A stretch of DNA of 64,000 bases, from assembly GCA_965205505.1 (NCBI GenBank), contig CBDBHB010000009.1, forward strand, positions 608,001 to 672,000. Reading direction: 5' to 3'. Shown here in pieces: positions 46,703 through 56,417 of the stretch. The notes under the pieces were generated by a model, which saw nothing but the letters and a program-made list of their open reading frames with translations, made no database searches and was not told the origin of the DNA. How positions within the stretch are numbered: the first letter of the stretch is position 1; the number at the start of each line of letters is the position of its first letter. Both the position numbers and the translations under genes were made by a program. This DNA is from Acidobacteriota bacterium (GTDB lineage: Bacteria > Acidobacteriota > UBA890 > WLXD01).

Positions 46703-49700
46703 AGCTCGTCGACGCGTCGATCAAGTCTCCCGTTAGCGTGACGGTCGTCGTACTCCTAGTGGTGCTGTTCGGCATGTTGGCGCTGCTCCGCATTCCGGTT
46801 CAGCTGATCCCCGACGTCGAGGTGCCGCGGGCGGTGGTGACCACCGTGTGGCCGGGCGCGTCGCCGGAGGAGATCGAGACCGAGATCGTTCAGAAGCAGG
46901 AGGAGCAGCTCAAGTCGCTGGAAGGGTTGGTGAAGATGACCAGCCAGAGCAGCCAATCCACCGGAACGGTGACGCTGCAGTTCCAGATCGGCGTCGAGCC
47001 GGACGCGGTGCTCCTGAAGGTGAGCAACCGCCTGCAGCAGGTGCCGCAATATCCGGCCACGGCGCTCAAGCCGGTGATCACCAGCAAGTCTCCCTTCGAG
47101 CAGAACGTCATCGCCTGGATCGTCCTACAGGCGTTGCCGGACGCGGACGTGGACATCGAGCTGCAGCGCGACTTCGCTATCGAGGTGGTGCAGCGCACCC
47201 TCGAGCGTGTTCCCGGGGTCGCCGTCGCCCAGATCTGGGCCGGCCGCGATCGTGAGCTCCAAGTCACCGTCGACCCGCAGAAGCTGGCGTTGCGTGGATT
47301 GTCCCTGTCGCAGGTGGCCGCAGCGCTCGACGCGGAGAATCGCGACATATCCGCCGGCGACTTCGACGAGGGAAAGCGGACCTACATCGTCCGAACGGTT
47401 GGTGAGTACACTGCGCCGGAGCAGATCGAGGAGGTGGTGCTGGCGTGGCGCGACGGCGGCCCCGTCTACACGCGCGATGTCGCCACGGTCGAGCTCGGCT
47501 ACGCCAAGGCGACGTCGGTCATGCGGCAGCGTGGCCTGCCCACGATCGGTGTTGCCGTGCAGCAGCAGTCGGGCTCAAACACGCTGGTGGTGATCGAGGG
47601 GGTAGAACGCGCGGTGGCGGAGCTGAACGCCGGAAGCGTCGGCGAGCGCGGCATGCGCTTGGTGATCGCGTTTTCGCAGGGCGATTACATCGACGGCGCT
47701 ATCACGCTGGTGCAGCGCAACATCTTCATCGGTGGCTTGCTGGCGCTGATCGTGTTGCTGTTGTTCCTGCGTAGCTTTTCGAGCGCCATGGTGGTGGGGC
47801 TGGCGATCCCGGTCAGCGTGGTGGCGACCTTCCTGGTGATGAGCCTGCTAGGTCGCAACATTAACGTGGTCAGCCTGGCAGGGATGGCGTTTGCCGTCGG
47901 CATGATCGTCGATGCCTCCATCGTCGTGCTGGAGAACATCTATCGCCACCAGCAGATGGGGAAGCCTCGTGCGCAGGCAGCCTACGACGGCACGGTTGAA
48001 GTGTGGGGAGCGGTATTCGCTTCGGTGATGACCACGGTCGCTGTCTTCCTGCCGGTGCTTTTTGTCCAGGAGGAGGCCGGGCAGCTATTCCGTGACATCG
48101 CGGTGGCGGTATGTGCCGCGGTGCTGATCTCACTGGTCGTGTCGGTAACGCTGATTCCAAGTCTCTCGGCCCGCATTCTCGGCAGGGTGGCAGCCGGTGG
48201 GGTCGCGCCCCCAGCGCAGCCCGGCCGGCGTGGCAAGCTCGGCTGGGGCGGGCGACTGAACCGGCGCATCGCCGACTTCACGTACTGGCTTTCGGGGTCA
48301 GCGGTGTTGCGTGTCGTTGCCGTGCTGGTGCTGGCGGGGGGCGCCGTGATCATGGCCTGGTCACTGATGCCCGAGACCGAATACCTGCCTACCGGCAACC
48401 AGAATTTCGCCTTCGGGCTGCTCCTTCCGCCGCCCGGCTACAACATCGACGAGTACTTGTCGATGTCGGAGACGTTGGGTGAGGTGTTGCGCCCCTACCG
48501 CGACGCCCTGCCGGACTCGCCCGAGGCGGCGCAGCTGGACGCACCACCGATCGAGAACGACTTTTTCGCCTCGACCGGGTTCGGGGCGTTCATGGGTGTG
48601 ATCGGCTACCAGAGATACGCCCAGCGCACCGGTGAGCTCGTTCCGGTGCTGCAGCAGGCCCTCGGCCGGCTTCCCGGGACCTTCGGCATCGTGCAGCAGC
48701 CATCGATCTTCCAGCGCGGGCCGGACGCTGGCCGCGCCATCGACATAGATCTAACCGGCCCGGATCTGAACGTGCTCCTCGCGCTGGGCGGTCGGGTGTT
48801 CGGGTCTGTCATGGCGACCCTGCCAGGCGCCCAGGCGCAGCCGATTCCGGGGTTGGATCTGGGCAATCCGGAGGTCCGTGTGATTCCGGATCGCGAGCGC
48901 GCCGCCGAGCTCGGGATGACGGCGTCGGAGCTCGGCTTTGCGCTCAACGCCCTCGTGGACGGGGTGAAGGTCAGCGAGTATCAGTTCGAGGGCAGGGCGA
49001 TCGATCTCGTGCTCAGGGGTGCCACGCCGTACGCGACTCGCTCACAGGATATCGAGGCTCTCAACATCGCCACACCGGCGGGGCGGGTGGTGAGCGTCGG
49101 CGATATCGGCCGTGTCGTCGAGACCAACGGCCCCTCGCAGATCATTCGTATCGAGCGCCAGCGCGCGGTGACCATTCGCGTGCTGCCAGCCCGCGAGATG
49201 CCGCTCGAAACGGCGATGGCGACGATCCAGGACAGCATCCTGGAACCGATGCGCGCCGACGGCTCGCTGTCGCTTCCCTATGAGGCGACGCTGGCCGGAT
49301 CGGCCGACAAGCTCACCACGACACGGCAGTCTTTGCAGGGAAACATGTTGTTGGCGTTGGTGGTGACCTACCTGCTGATGGCGGCGTTGTTCGAGTCGTT
49401 CCTTTACCCGTTCGTCATCCTGTTCTCGGTGCCGTTCGCGGCACTTGGCGGTTTCGTCGGGCTCGCTCTGGTGAATGGATTCATCGCGTACCAGGCACTC
49501 GACGTGATCGCCATGCTCGGTTTCGTGATACTCGTCGGCGTCGTCGTCAACAACGCCATCTTGATAGTTCACCAGACGCTCAACTACATGCGCGATCGCG
49601 GGCTGGGGCACCGCGAGGCGCTGCGCGACGCCGTCTCCGACCGCGTCCGGCCGATCTTCATGAGCACGCTTACCTCGGTCATGGGCATGGCGCCGCTGGT

Positions 49701-49884
49701 GCTTGTGACCGGGCCCGGCAGCGAGATCTACCGCGGCCTGGGCAGCGTCGTGGTGGGTGGGTTGGCGGTCTCGACGATCTTCACCTTGTTTCTCGTACCG
49801 GCCGTGTTCTCGATCGTAATGGACGTGCGCGCCGCGGTGCTGCGGGTGGTGCGAGGTAGCGACGAAGCGCGCGCCCGGGCCTGA
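46699..49884 (+). CDS. RND efflux transporter permease (AcrB/CusA superfamily)
   Basis: PGASPEEIE, GMIVDASIVVLENI, FESF..P, GVVVNNAI, RVRPIFMS; 1061 aa. Confidence 0.96.
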   Translation: MKLVDASIKSPVSVTVVVLLVVLFGMLALLRIPVQLIPDVEVPRAVVTTVWPGASPEEIETEIVQKQEEQLKSLEGLVKMTSQSSQSTGTVTLQFQIGVEPDAVLLKVSNRLQQVPQYPATALKPVITSKSPFEQNVIAWIVLQALPDADVDIELQRDFAIEVVQRTLERVPGVAVAQIWAGRDRELQVTVDPQKLALRGLSLSQVAAALDAENRDISAGDFDEGKRTYIVRTVGEYTAPEQIEEVVLAWRDGGPVYTRDVATVELGYAKATSVMRQRGLPTIGVAVQQQSGSNTLVVIEGVERAVAELNAGSVGERGMRLVIAFSQGDYIDGAITLVQRNIFIGGLLALIVLLLFLRSFSSAMVVGLAIPVSVVATFLVMSLLGRNINVVSLAGMAFAVGMIVDASIVVLENIYRHQQMGKPRAQAAYDGTVEVWGAVFASVMTTVAVFLPVLFVQEEAGQLFRDIAVAVCAAVLISLVVSVTLIPSLSARILGRVAAGGVAPPAQPGRRGKLGWGGRLNRRIADFTYWLSGSAVLRVVAVLVLAGGAVIMAWSLMPETEYLPTGNQNFAFGLLLPPPGYNIDEYLSMSETLGEVLRPYRDALPDSPEAAQLDAPPIENDFFASTGFGAFMGVIGYQRYAQRTGELVPVLQQALGRLPGTFGIVQQPSIFQRGPDAGRAIDIDLTGPDLNVLLALGGRVFGSVMATLPGAQAQPIPGLDLGNPEVRVIPDRERAAELGMTASELGFALNALVDGVKVSEYQFEGRAIDLVLRGATPYATRSQDIEALNIATPAGRVVSVGDIGRVVETNGPSQIIRIERQRAVTIRVLPAREMPLETAMATIQDSILEPMRADGSLSLPYEATLAGSADKLTTTRQSLQGNMLLALVVTYLLMAALFESFLYPFVILFSVPFAALGGFVGLALVNGFIAYQALDVIAMLGFVILVGVVVNNAILIVHQTLNYMRDRGLGHREALRDAVSDRVRPIFMSTLTSVMGMAPLVLVTGPGSEIYRGLGSVVVGGLAVSTIFTLFLVPAVFSIVMDVRAAVLRVVRGSDEARARA

Positions 49885-49899
49885 GTCCGCAGCCGTCTT

Positions 49900-50363
49900 G
49901 ATCCATCCCGGCGATCGTCGCTGATTGCGGATGGCCGCTTGTCACAGGATGACGGGCCGTCGTTTGGAGCCTTGTCTCGCCGCCAGCGCCAATTAGCCGA
50001 TGAGTCAGAATCGCGCCGAGGTTGTCGATCGCCCGACGCGCCGCAGCCGGCGTGACATCAGCACCCCGCAGGTGCGCATCCAGCAGATCCGCGATCCAGC
50101 GTCGCAGCAGCTGCCGGCGGATGGTCTTCGCCTTGGTCTTCGTCGGTGCCAGGATCTCTGCAATAGCACCTAGCGAAGCGCGATCCGGCCGGAGATACTG
50201 ACCGTACCGGCAGCCGCTCATGGCGCCCTGCGTGATGCCGAGCCCGGTAGCGATTGTGCGCATGGAGGCGGGGTGCTCGTCGATGAGCTCGCCGAGGTAG
50301 GAGCCGAACTGGCGGAGCGGGTAGGCGAGGGGGCGGGCGAAGGAGCTGCGGCGACCTCATCAT
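49900..50363 (-). pseudogene. Degraded XRE-family HTH regulator
   Basis: One frame reads FGSYLGELIDEHPASMRTIATGLGITQGAMSGCRYGQYLRPDRASLGAIAEIL (XRE-like). The SD-preceded ATG at 50363 is in another frame, and there is no stop before the RND gene. The 3' bound is approximate. Confidence 0.5.
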
Positions 50364-50400
50364 CGGGCGGCCTTTCGTTCAGCGGCCGGATGACGCGACA

Positions 50401-50910
50401 TCACTCATTCGGTCGCGTGACGATGTCGGCTTTCGTGCTTCCAATGATCTCCAACAGTTCACCTTGTTCTTTCGCCGGCACGTTGAATCCGTCGAGGACC
50501 ATGATGAAATCCTCGACCATCTGATCCCATTCTGTCCCGCTGATGTTCATGTCTGCGTGGGACTCCTTCATGGGCCGACCGGTGTATTCCTGAGGCCCCC
50601 CCGTCACCTGGCATACCAATGCCGTGACCTTGGCCTTGAGTTCGTCTGGGTTGGCCCGATCGCGGGCCTCCTTGATCGCGGGATTCGCATTGAGAACGTC
50701 ATCGCTGCTGAGCACGTCGATGAACTCATCGACGACAGCCGCGATCGCATCTTCACCGCCGAGCCGCTCATAAAGGGATGTCTCCGGCGCAGTGGTGGCG
50801 TCGGGCGAAGGCGTCTCCTCAGCGGCGGGAGCCGCCTGTTGGGCCGGGGAGCAGCTGGCAACGGCGGTCGCTACAACAAGCAGGGCGAGTAGCCTCAGGC
50901 GAGATTTCAC
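50401..50910 (-). CDS. Group 1 truncated hemoglobin with lipoprotein signal
   Basis: SLYERLGG..AI.AVV, GGP..YTGR.M..SH (proximal His); lipobox VASC; AAGGAGG SD before GTG 50910. Confidence 0.9.
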   Translation of the reverse strand: MKSRLRLLALLVVATAVASCSPAQQAAPAAEETPSPDATTAPETSLYERLGGEDAIAAVVDEFIDVLSSDDVLNANPAIKEARDRANPDELKAKVTALVCQVTGGPQEYTGRPMKESHADMNISGTEWDQMVEDFIMVLDGFNVPAKEQGELLEIIGSTKADIVTRPNE

Positions 50911-51021
50911 GGGACCCTCCTTTTCGTGAACTGGGATTTCCCAGATAGCCACTGTCGAGTCGTAGTCGTTGTCCTCGCCTTCGGCAGAGCCGGGACCAGA
51001 GGGCTACTCCGAAGGTGGGTC

Positions 51022-51082
51022 GGCGGTGCTCAGCAAAGGCTGCTCAGCCTAGCGGAATAGATCGGCTCTCACCACGGGAGAG
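51022..51082. repeat. Direct repeat B1 (61 bp)
   Basis: 60/61 identical to 54002-54062. Confidence 0.93.
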
Positions 51083-51107
51083 CGCGCAGCCGGGCGACCT
51101 GCGAGGG
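51081..51107. repeat. Direct repeat C1 (27 bp)
   Basis: agcgcgcagccgggcgacctgcgaggg; 25/27 identical to 51731-51757. Confidence 0.85.
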
Positions 51108-51141
51108 CCTTTCGTGACCCACTCAATCCCTCCCTTCGGGA

Positions 51142-51669
51142 TCAGCGCTTTCGCCAGATAGTCGCTGTTTTCTCAACCCACGAAATACTGTGATCGGGCC
51201 CTAGCTGTTCAATCCCGCGCGCTGCCTCGCGGGCCCCACCGTCTTGCGCGACAAGACGGGCGAGCTCGCTAGCCCGTTCCTGGCCTAACGCGTCAAACAC
51301 TCGGACAACGAAGAGACGGCCCGTCAACCGATCCCGCGCCTCGTACCAGTAGGCCGGCGCAGGCTCGCAGATCCCGCCGGCGATGTACGTCCACGGCTCT
51401 TCGATTGCTGCGTCTAGGGCCTGATCGCCGTAGCAGGTGATTTCGATGAAGCTCAACCAATCGCCGATCCGGCTGTCTTGCGGTGCTGAGCGAGACGCGA
51501 TCGATACGAGTTCGCTTATTTGCAGGTAGTGCACGACCGGGTTGGCGAACTCGGTTCCGTCCTCCAGTAAGAAACGGTCATTCAATACGCGCCCAAGCTG
51601 CAGTCCACGGTTGCGCAGGCACAAGAGAACTGCGTAGTCGCCGGGACCAAGCTCTACGCCGTCCGGCAT
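51142..51669 (-). CDS. Hypothetical protein (orphan-like)
   Basis: 175 aa from ATG 51669 with GGAG SD; less biased codon usage; no recognised motif. Confidence 0.7.
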   Translation of the reverse strand: MPDGVELGPGDYAVLLCLRNRGLQLGRVLNDRFLLEDGTEFANPVVHYLQISELVSIASRSAPQDSRIGDWLSFIEITCYGDQALDAAIEEPWTYIAGGICEPAPAYWYEARDRLTGRLFVVRVFDALGQERASELARLVAQDGGAREAARGIEQLGPDHSISWVEKTATIWRKR

Positions 51670-51730
51670 CTTTGTCTCCCGTTGCCCACGCCTCACGCAC
51701 GCGGAACAGTTTTCTTCCTACCACTACAGA

Positions 51731-51757
51731 AGCGCGCAGCCGGGCGATTTGCGAGGG
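51731..51757. repeat. Direct repeat C2 (27 bp)
   Basis: Copy of 51081-51107. Confidence 0.85.
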
Positions 51758-51953
51758 GAGGGCGTCGCGACCGCTGCGTGCGTCACCGCTGCTTGCTCTC
51801 GGAACAGCAGGGGCTAGCGGTTCTTCAGCGTGCCGTAGAAGGGGAACCGGCTGCCGCGTCGGGACATCGGAAACCGTCCGGGCCGCTCCCATGATGAGGG
51901 CGCGGGAAGGACTGGATCGACACGTGGAGGAGCGTCGACGCTTCTCAGAACCG

Positions 51954-52577
51954 TTAGCTCGTTCCTTCCGCTGAGTCCTCTCGGTCGATTCTCCGGAGGC
52001 CGTGCCAGCGACGGAACCTGTTCACAGGCCGCGCCACCGTGTGCATCGCGCGTCGTAGCGGCCACAACCCGGTCACTTTGACTAGCGCAGGTTCCTCGTC
52101 TCCAGTGTTCCAGCGGTAGCGGTGTGTAATGCGTCGCCGTATCCAGGCCGGGCGTGGATGGCCGAGGCGAATCTCCAGGTATCGGGTGTGGAAGCCGTGC
52201 GCCCAAGGGCCCGGCAGGCGCTCTGAGAACATGCATGCGCTCCCGTAATCGAAGAGGCTGCAATTGCCGGTGATTACTAGCGGCGTTGGACTCTCTGGAT
52301 CCGTAACGGCTAGCGACAGACTGTCGGGACCGCTCGACCTCTGCGTGTCTCCGGCGATGCCGACAGAAAGCGGGTCTGGCTCGTGGGTCGACGCGCCTGG
52401 CTGAACACTGGCACGGATCTCGACGTCAACGCTCGGAGGCCCATGTGTGATGAGCGTGGTCCAACAAACGAACCTGCTCGCGGTGCACTCGCAGAACGTG
52501 ACACAGGGGTGACTCACGCGGAGCCGCGGCCAATCGCGTGTCCATCGTTTCAACCCCGCGGCGACTAAACCGACCAA
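51954..52577 (-). pseudogene. Possible 5'-truncated hypothetical gene abutting the IS
   Basis: 207-codon open frame beginning right at the IS left end; no motif. Confidence 0.35.
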
Positions 52578-52578
52578 G

Positions 52579-53838
52579 TGACCTGACCCCCCAAAACGGA
52601 TCCAGAGGTAATCTCACGATCTGGGTCGAAAAGGGGAGGTCAGAATGCCGACGAAGAGGCACAGCGCCGAGCAGATCGTACGCAAGCTCCGGGAGGCTGA
52701 AGTGGAGCAGGCGCAAGGCGGGACGGTCAAGGATGCCTGCCGCAAGCTAGCGATCACCGAGCACACCTACTATCGGTGGCGGCGGGAGTACGGGGGGCTG
52801 AAGGTCAACCAGGCCAGAAGGCTCAAGCAGCTGGAGAAAGAAAACGCCCGGCTCAAGAAACTGGTGGCGGAGAAAGAGCTCGACCTGTCGATCCTGAAGG
52901 AAGTCGCGGAGGGAAACTTCTGAGCCCAGCTCGACGGCGCGAGGCGGTGGCGCATGTACGGGGGCGGCTGGGCGTCTCCGAGAGGCGGGCGTGCCGGGTA
53001 CTGAAACAACCACGCACGACACACAGGTACATGCCAAGAGAACCGGGCGATGAGCAGATGTTGACGGAGCGGATCGTGGATCTAGCCCGACAATACGGGC
53101 GCTACGGGTATCGGCGAGTGACGGCGTTGTTGCGTATGGAGGGCTGGTGGGTGAACCACAAACGAGTGCAGCGTATCTGGAGGCGTGAGGGGCTGAAAGT
53201 ACCGACAAAGCAGCCCAAACGAGCCCGGCTGTGGCTCAGCGATGGCTCGTGCATCCGGCTGCGACCACAGCGCAAAGATCACGTCTGGGCGTATGACTTC
53301 GTTCATCACCGGACGCACGAGGGTCGGGCTATGAGGCTGCTGACGATCGTCGATGAGTACACACGAGAAAGCCTGGCGATCGACGTGGCACGGAAGCTCA
53401 ACTGTGAGGACGTGCTCGAGCGGCTCGGGTGGTTGTTCGTGCACCGGGGCATACCTGAGCACATCCGGTCCGATAACGGACCGGAGTTCACCGCCGAGGC
53501 GGTTCGCGACTGGCTCGGTAGGCTCGGTGTGGGCACGCTGTTCATCGAGCCGGGCTCGCCGTGGGAGAACGGCTACGTGGAGAGCTTCAACGGCAAGCTC
53601 CGAGACGAGCTGCTCAACGGCGAGATCTTCTACACGCTCAAGGAGGCAAAGGTTCTGATCGAGAGATGGAGGCAGCAGTACAACCGCATGCGACCGCACA
53701 GCTCGTTGGGCTACCGACCACCGGCCCCGGAGGCGCTGTTGTTGAAGCCGGCTACGCTCCGCTTCGCCGGCCTCAACAACCCCTTGTCAGCACCGAGTTA
53801 CTGAGATAAGACGTGGTACTAACCGTGGGGTCAGGTCA
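52579..53838 (+). mobile_element. IS3-family insertion sequence (1260 bp)
   Basis: TG...CA ends with 12-bp perfect IR TGACCTGACCCC; orfA/orfB; flanks aag/aac (no perfect target duplication). Confidence 0.95.
52645..53804 (+). CDS. IS3 transposase OrfA (52645-52923) / OrfB joined by -1 frameshift at GGGAAAC 52911-52917
   Basis: OrfA HTH (EQIVRKLRE...TYYRWR); Orf[36 protein letters not shown]. Confidence 0.95.
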
Positions 53839-53923
53839 AACTCACGGGGCCCCCGCAGTGCGGGCACGCGGCCGCTTTGTCGGAGATCTGGGCTTCGCAT
53901 TCAGAACACGCAATCAGTGCCAT
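53839..53923 (-). pseudogene. Zinc-ribbon protein N-terminus truncated by the IS3
   Basis: GAGGT SD, MALIACSECEAQISDKAAACPHCGGPVS, then the IS right end. Confidence 0.8.
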
Positions 53924-54001
53924 CGCCTACCTCGGTAGGTGGTCGGGGTCATGGTCGATCAGCCTCCGCCATACAGATCGCCGGTCGCGGGTTCCGGAAG
54001 T

Positions 54002-54062
54002 GGCGGTGCTCCGCAAAGGCTGCTCAGCCTAGCGGAATAGATCGGCTCTCACCACGGGAGAG
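54002..54062. repeat. Direct repeat B2 (61 bp)
   Basis: Copy of 51022-51082. Confidence 0.93.
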
Positions 54063-54433
54063 TGTGCTAGATGAATCGAACGACGAGGAGGAGTGCCTCA
54101 GAAGACGCCTGTGCTCCGGTCGCAACTGCCCGAAGGGGACGATTCAGCAGCGGTGGCCATCACATCAGAGGTGTCTTGATTAACTTCGCGAGGGGTATTG
54201 CGACGGGGCGCCGGTGGGAGCGCACTTCTTCGCCCCGATGGGTCAAGAGGCGCGGCTCCTGCGGCTCGCCGGCCAACTCGAGATCGCCGCGCCGTGGGCA
54301 GAGCGTCGGCCGCCGTGCATGTCACCGTCAGCTGAGCCAGCGTCTCGAAAAGGGCAGTGAGCCGCCCCCAACAGGGCGGGAAAATGCCGCGTCGATGCCG
54401 TGAGTGCGTAGCTGCGGAGTGTATCCTCGGTCG

Positions 54434-54997
54434 ATGCGATTGACTCGGCTGTATACGCGCAACGGCGACGGCGGCACGACTCGGCTTGCCACCGGGATCG
54501 ATGTTCGCAAGGACTGTCCGCGGGTGGTGGCATACGGCGAAGTGGATGAGCTGAACTCCCACATCGGAAGCGCGCTCGCCGTCGGCGTCGTGCCGCGATT
54601 GGGCGTTGAGTTGCAGCGACTGCAGAATGAGCTGCTCGATCTGGGAGGCGATCTGGCCACGCCCCTCGACGCCGAGATCGACTTTGTCGTGCCGCGCATC
54701 CAGGCGACGCAGGTGGCGCGGCTGGAGGCGTCGATCGACGAGCTCAACGAGGTAACCGGGGCCCTGGAGAATTTTGTCTTGCCGGGGGGCGCGCCAGGCT
54801 CAGCCGCCCTTCACGTTGCTCGCACTGTCTGCCGACGAGCCGAGCGAGCGGTGATAACGCTTGCCGCCGAAGCGGACGTCGGCGAGGTGGTGATTCCGTA
54901 CTTGAATCGGCTGTCCGACCTGCTCTTCGCTATGGCGCGCTATGAGAATCACGAGCGCGGCGTGGCGGAGCCGCTCTGGAAGCCCGCCGGCGACTGA
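54434..54997 (+). CDS. pduO: ATP:cob(I)alamin adenosyltransferase, PduO type
   Basis: LYTRNGDGGTT, YGEVDELNS, FVLPGG, RTVCRRAER, YLNRLSDLLF. Confidence 0.93.
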   Translation: MRLTRLYTRNGDGGTTRLATGIDVRKDCPRVVAYGEVDELNSHIGSALAVGVVPRLGVELQRLQNELLDLGGDLATPLDAEIDFVVPRIQATQVARLEASIDELNEVTGALENFVLPGGAPGSAALHVARTVCRRAERAVITLAAEADVGEVVIPYLNRLSDLLFAMARYENHERGVAEPLWKPAGD

Positions 54998-55148
54998 TCT
55001 GTAGCGCCGGCAAGCTCCTGGGCCTAGCATGCGGCGTTCTCGCCGTGAGGCGGAAACACCATCCGCAGTCGGCAATGATGTGGGGGTGGACAGGAATCGA
55101 GCGACATGTACGATGGGCGCACCTCAGGCGGCTCCCAGCGGGGTGAGA

Positions 55149-55400
55149 ATGTTCTATAGACCTCGACTAGCGCACCGTGCGTACGCCTCGGTACGCGGCT
55201 ACTTCTGGATTCCCTGCCCGATCTGCAAGCGCGGCTTCGGCGAGCACGAGTGGCTTCCCGGCAACGAGCTGTGGCTCACCGAGCGTGATTCCGTGGCTGT
55301 TTGCCCGGATTGCGGCCCAGAGGCGATCGAGACAAATCGTGAGCGCGGCTTCCCACCGACCGATCGGCCAATCGACGGCGGAGTGTCATCGATCTACTGA
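55149..55400 (+). CDS. Small Cys4 zinc-binding hypothetical protein
   Basis: GYFWIPCPIC...FGEHEW...VCPDC. Confidence 0.6.
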   Translation: MFYRPRLAHRAYASVRGYFWIPCPICKRGFGEHEWLPGNELWLTERDSVAVCPDCGPEAIETNRERGFPPTDRPIDGGVSSIY

Positions 55401-55418
55401 GGCGTTGCTCCGCACGGA

Positions 55419-56018
55419 TTAGTCGACGGCGGCTCCGTCGAGCAATCGATCGATGAGGATTCGGAGCTCCTCGTGCTTGGTCGGTACGGCGCCGATCCAA
55501 CGCCTGCGGACTTGCCACTCCGAATCGATCAGCAGCGTCGTTGGGAGTCCCCATAACGGGCCGAACCGCTCTTCGAACTCGGCCGTGCCCATGACCACCG
55601 TGTAGTCAACGCGGAAGCGGTCGCTGCTTACGAACTGATCCACGGTGGGAGCGCTGCCGGACTGCACGGCAACGCCTATCACCTCGACGGCGCGGTCACG
55701 GTACTCGTCGTAGAGCTTGTTGTAGCGTGGTATCTCGGTCAGGCAGGGTCCGCACCAGGTGGCCCAGACGTCGAGAACGACCACTCGGCCCCGGAGACTC
55801 GACGAGCGTATCGGGGTTCCGTCCAAGCGCTCGAGCACAAACGGTGCAGCGGGTGACGGCTCGTTCAACGCCGCCACCCCGGCCGCGGCGACGGCCGGAT
55901 CTCCACCATACCCGGTGATCGTCAGCGACCACGCCACGAGGGCGACGGTTCCGGCGACGGCTACCGAGGAAACGAGGTTCGGTCGAGGCATGGGCACCAG
56001 CGGCGAGAAGAACGGCAT
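55419..56018 (-). CDS. TlpA/ResA-like thiol-disulfide oxidoreductase
   Basis: TM anchor, WATWCGPC, GLPTT. Confidence 0.9.
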   Translation of the reverse strand: MPFFSPLVPMPRPNLVSSVAVAGTVALVAWSLTITGYGGDPAVAAAGVAALNEPSPAAPFVLERLDGTPIRSSSLRGRVVVLDVWATWCGPCLTEIPRYNKLYDEYRDRAVEVIGVAVQSGSAPTVDQFVSSDRFRVDYTVVMGTAEFEERFGPLWGLPTTLLIDSEWQVRRRWIGAVPTKHEELRILIDRLLDGAAVD

Positions 56019-56081
56019 CCAAAGGCTGTTTTGCCGCTCTCCGCCTCCCGGTTTCCGTCGACCGTGGAGATTTTCTATTGC

Positions 56082-56417
56082 CTATCGCCAGTAGCGATAT
56101 CCGTAGCGCCGGAAACCGTAGTTCCGGTACCCGTACGATCGATAACCGTAGGAACGGTACCCGTATCGCCGTGGCGCATAACCGTAGGAGTACCGTCCCC
56201 CATACAGGCGTGCACCGTATCCGTATGAGCGACCATACCCATACCCGCTGTAGAGCGGACGCCCGTAGTAGGCCACAGGCGGCAGCCCTCCGCGGGCGCG
56301 GATCGAATAGGGAATTGGCTGCCGGGGTCGCATGCGGCGCTCGGCGTAGGCACCGGTCTCGATCGCGAACCCGGCCACCATCAGCAGCGCTGCCAGGATG
56401 ATACTGAGCCTCTTCAT
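56082..56417 (-). CDS. Secreted low-complexity Tyr/Gly/Arg-rich protein
   Basis: AAGGAGG SD, signal peptide MKRLSIILAALLMVAGFAIETGAYA, then YGYRS-type pentapeptide repeats. Confidence 0.8.
   Translation of the reverse strand: MKRLSIILAALLMVAGFAIETGAYAERRMRPRQPIPYSIRARGGLPPVAYYGRPLYSGYGYGRSYGYGARLYGGRYSYGYAPRRYGYRSYGYRSYGYRNYGFRRYGYRYWR

Noticed and set aside
51022-54062. Integron attC interpretation of repeats B and C
   Set aside because: No RYYYAAC...GTTRRRY boxes and no intI in the window.
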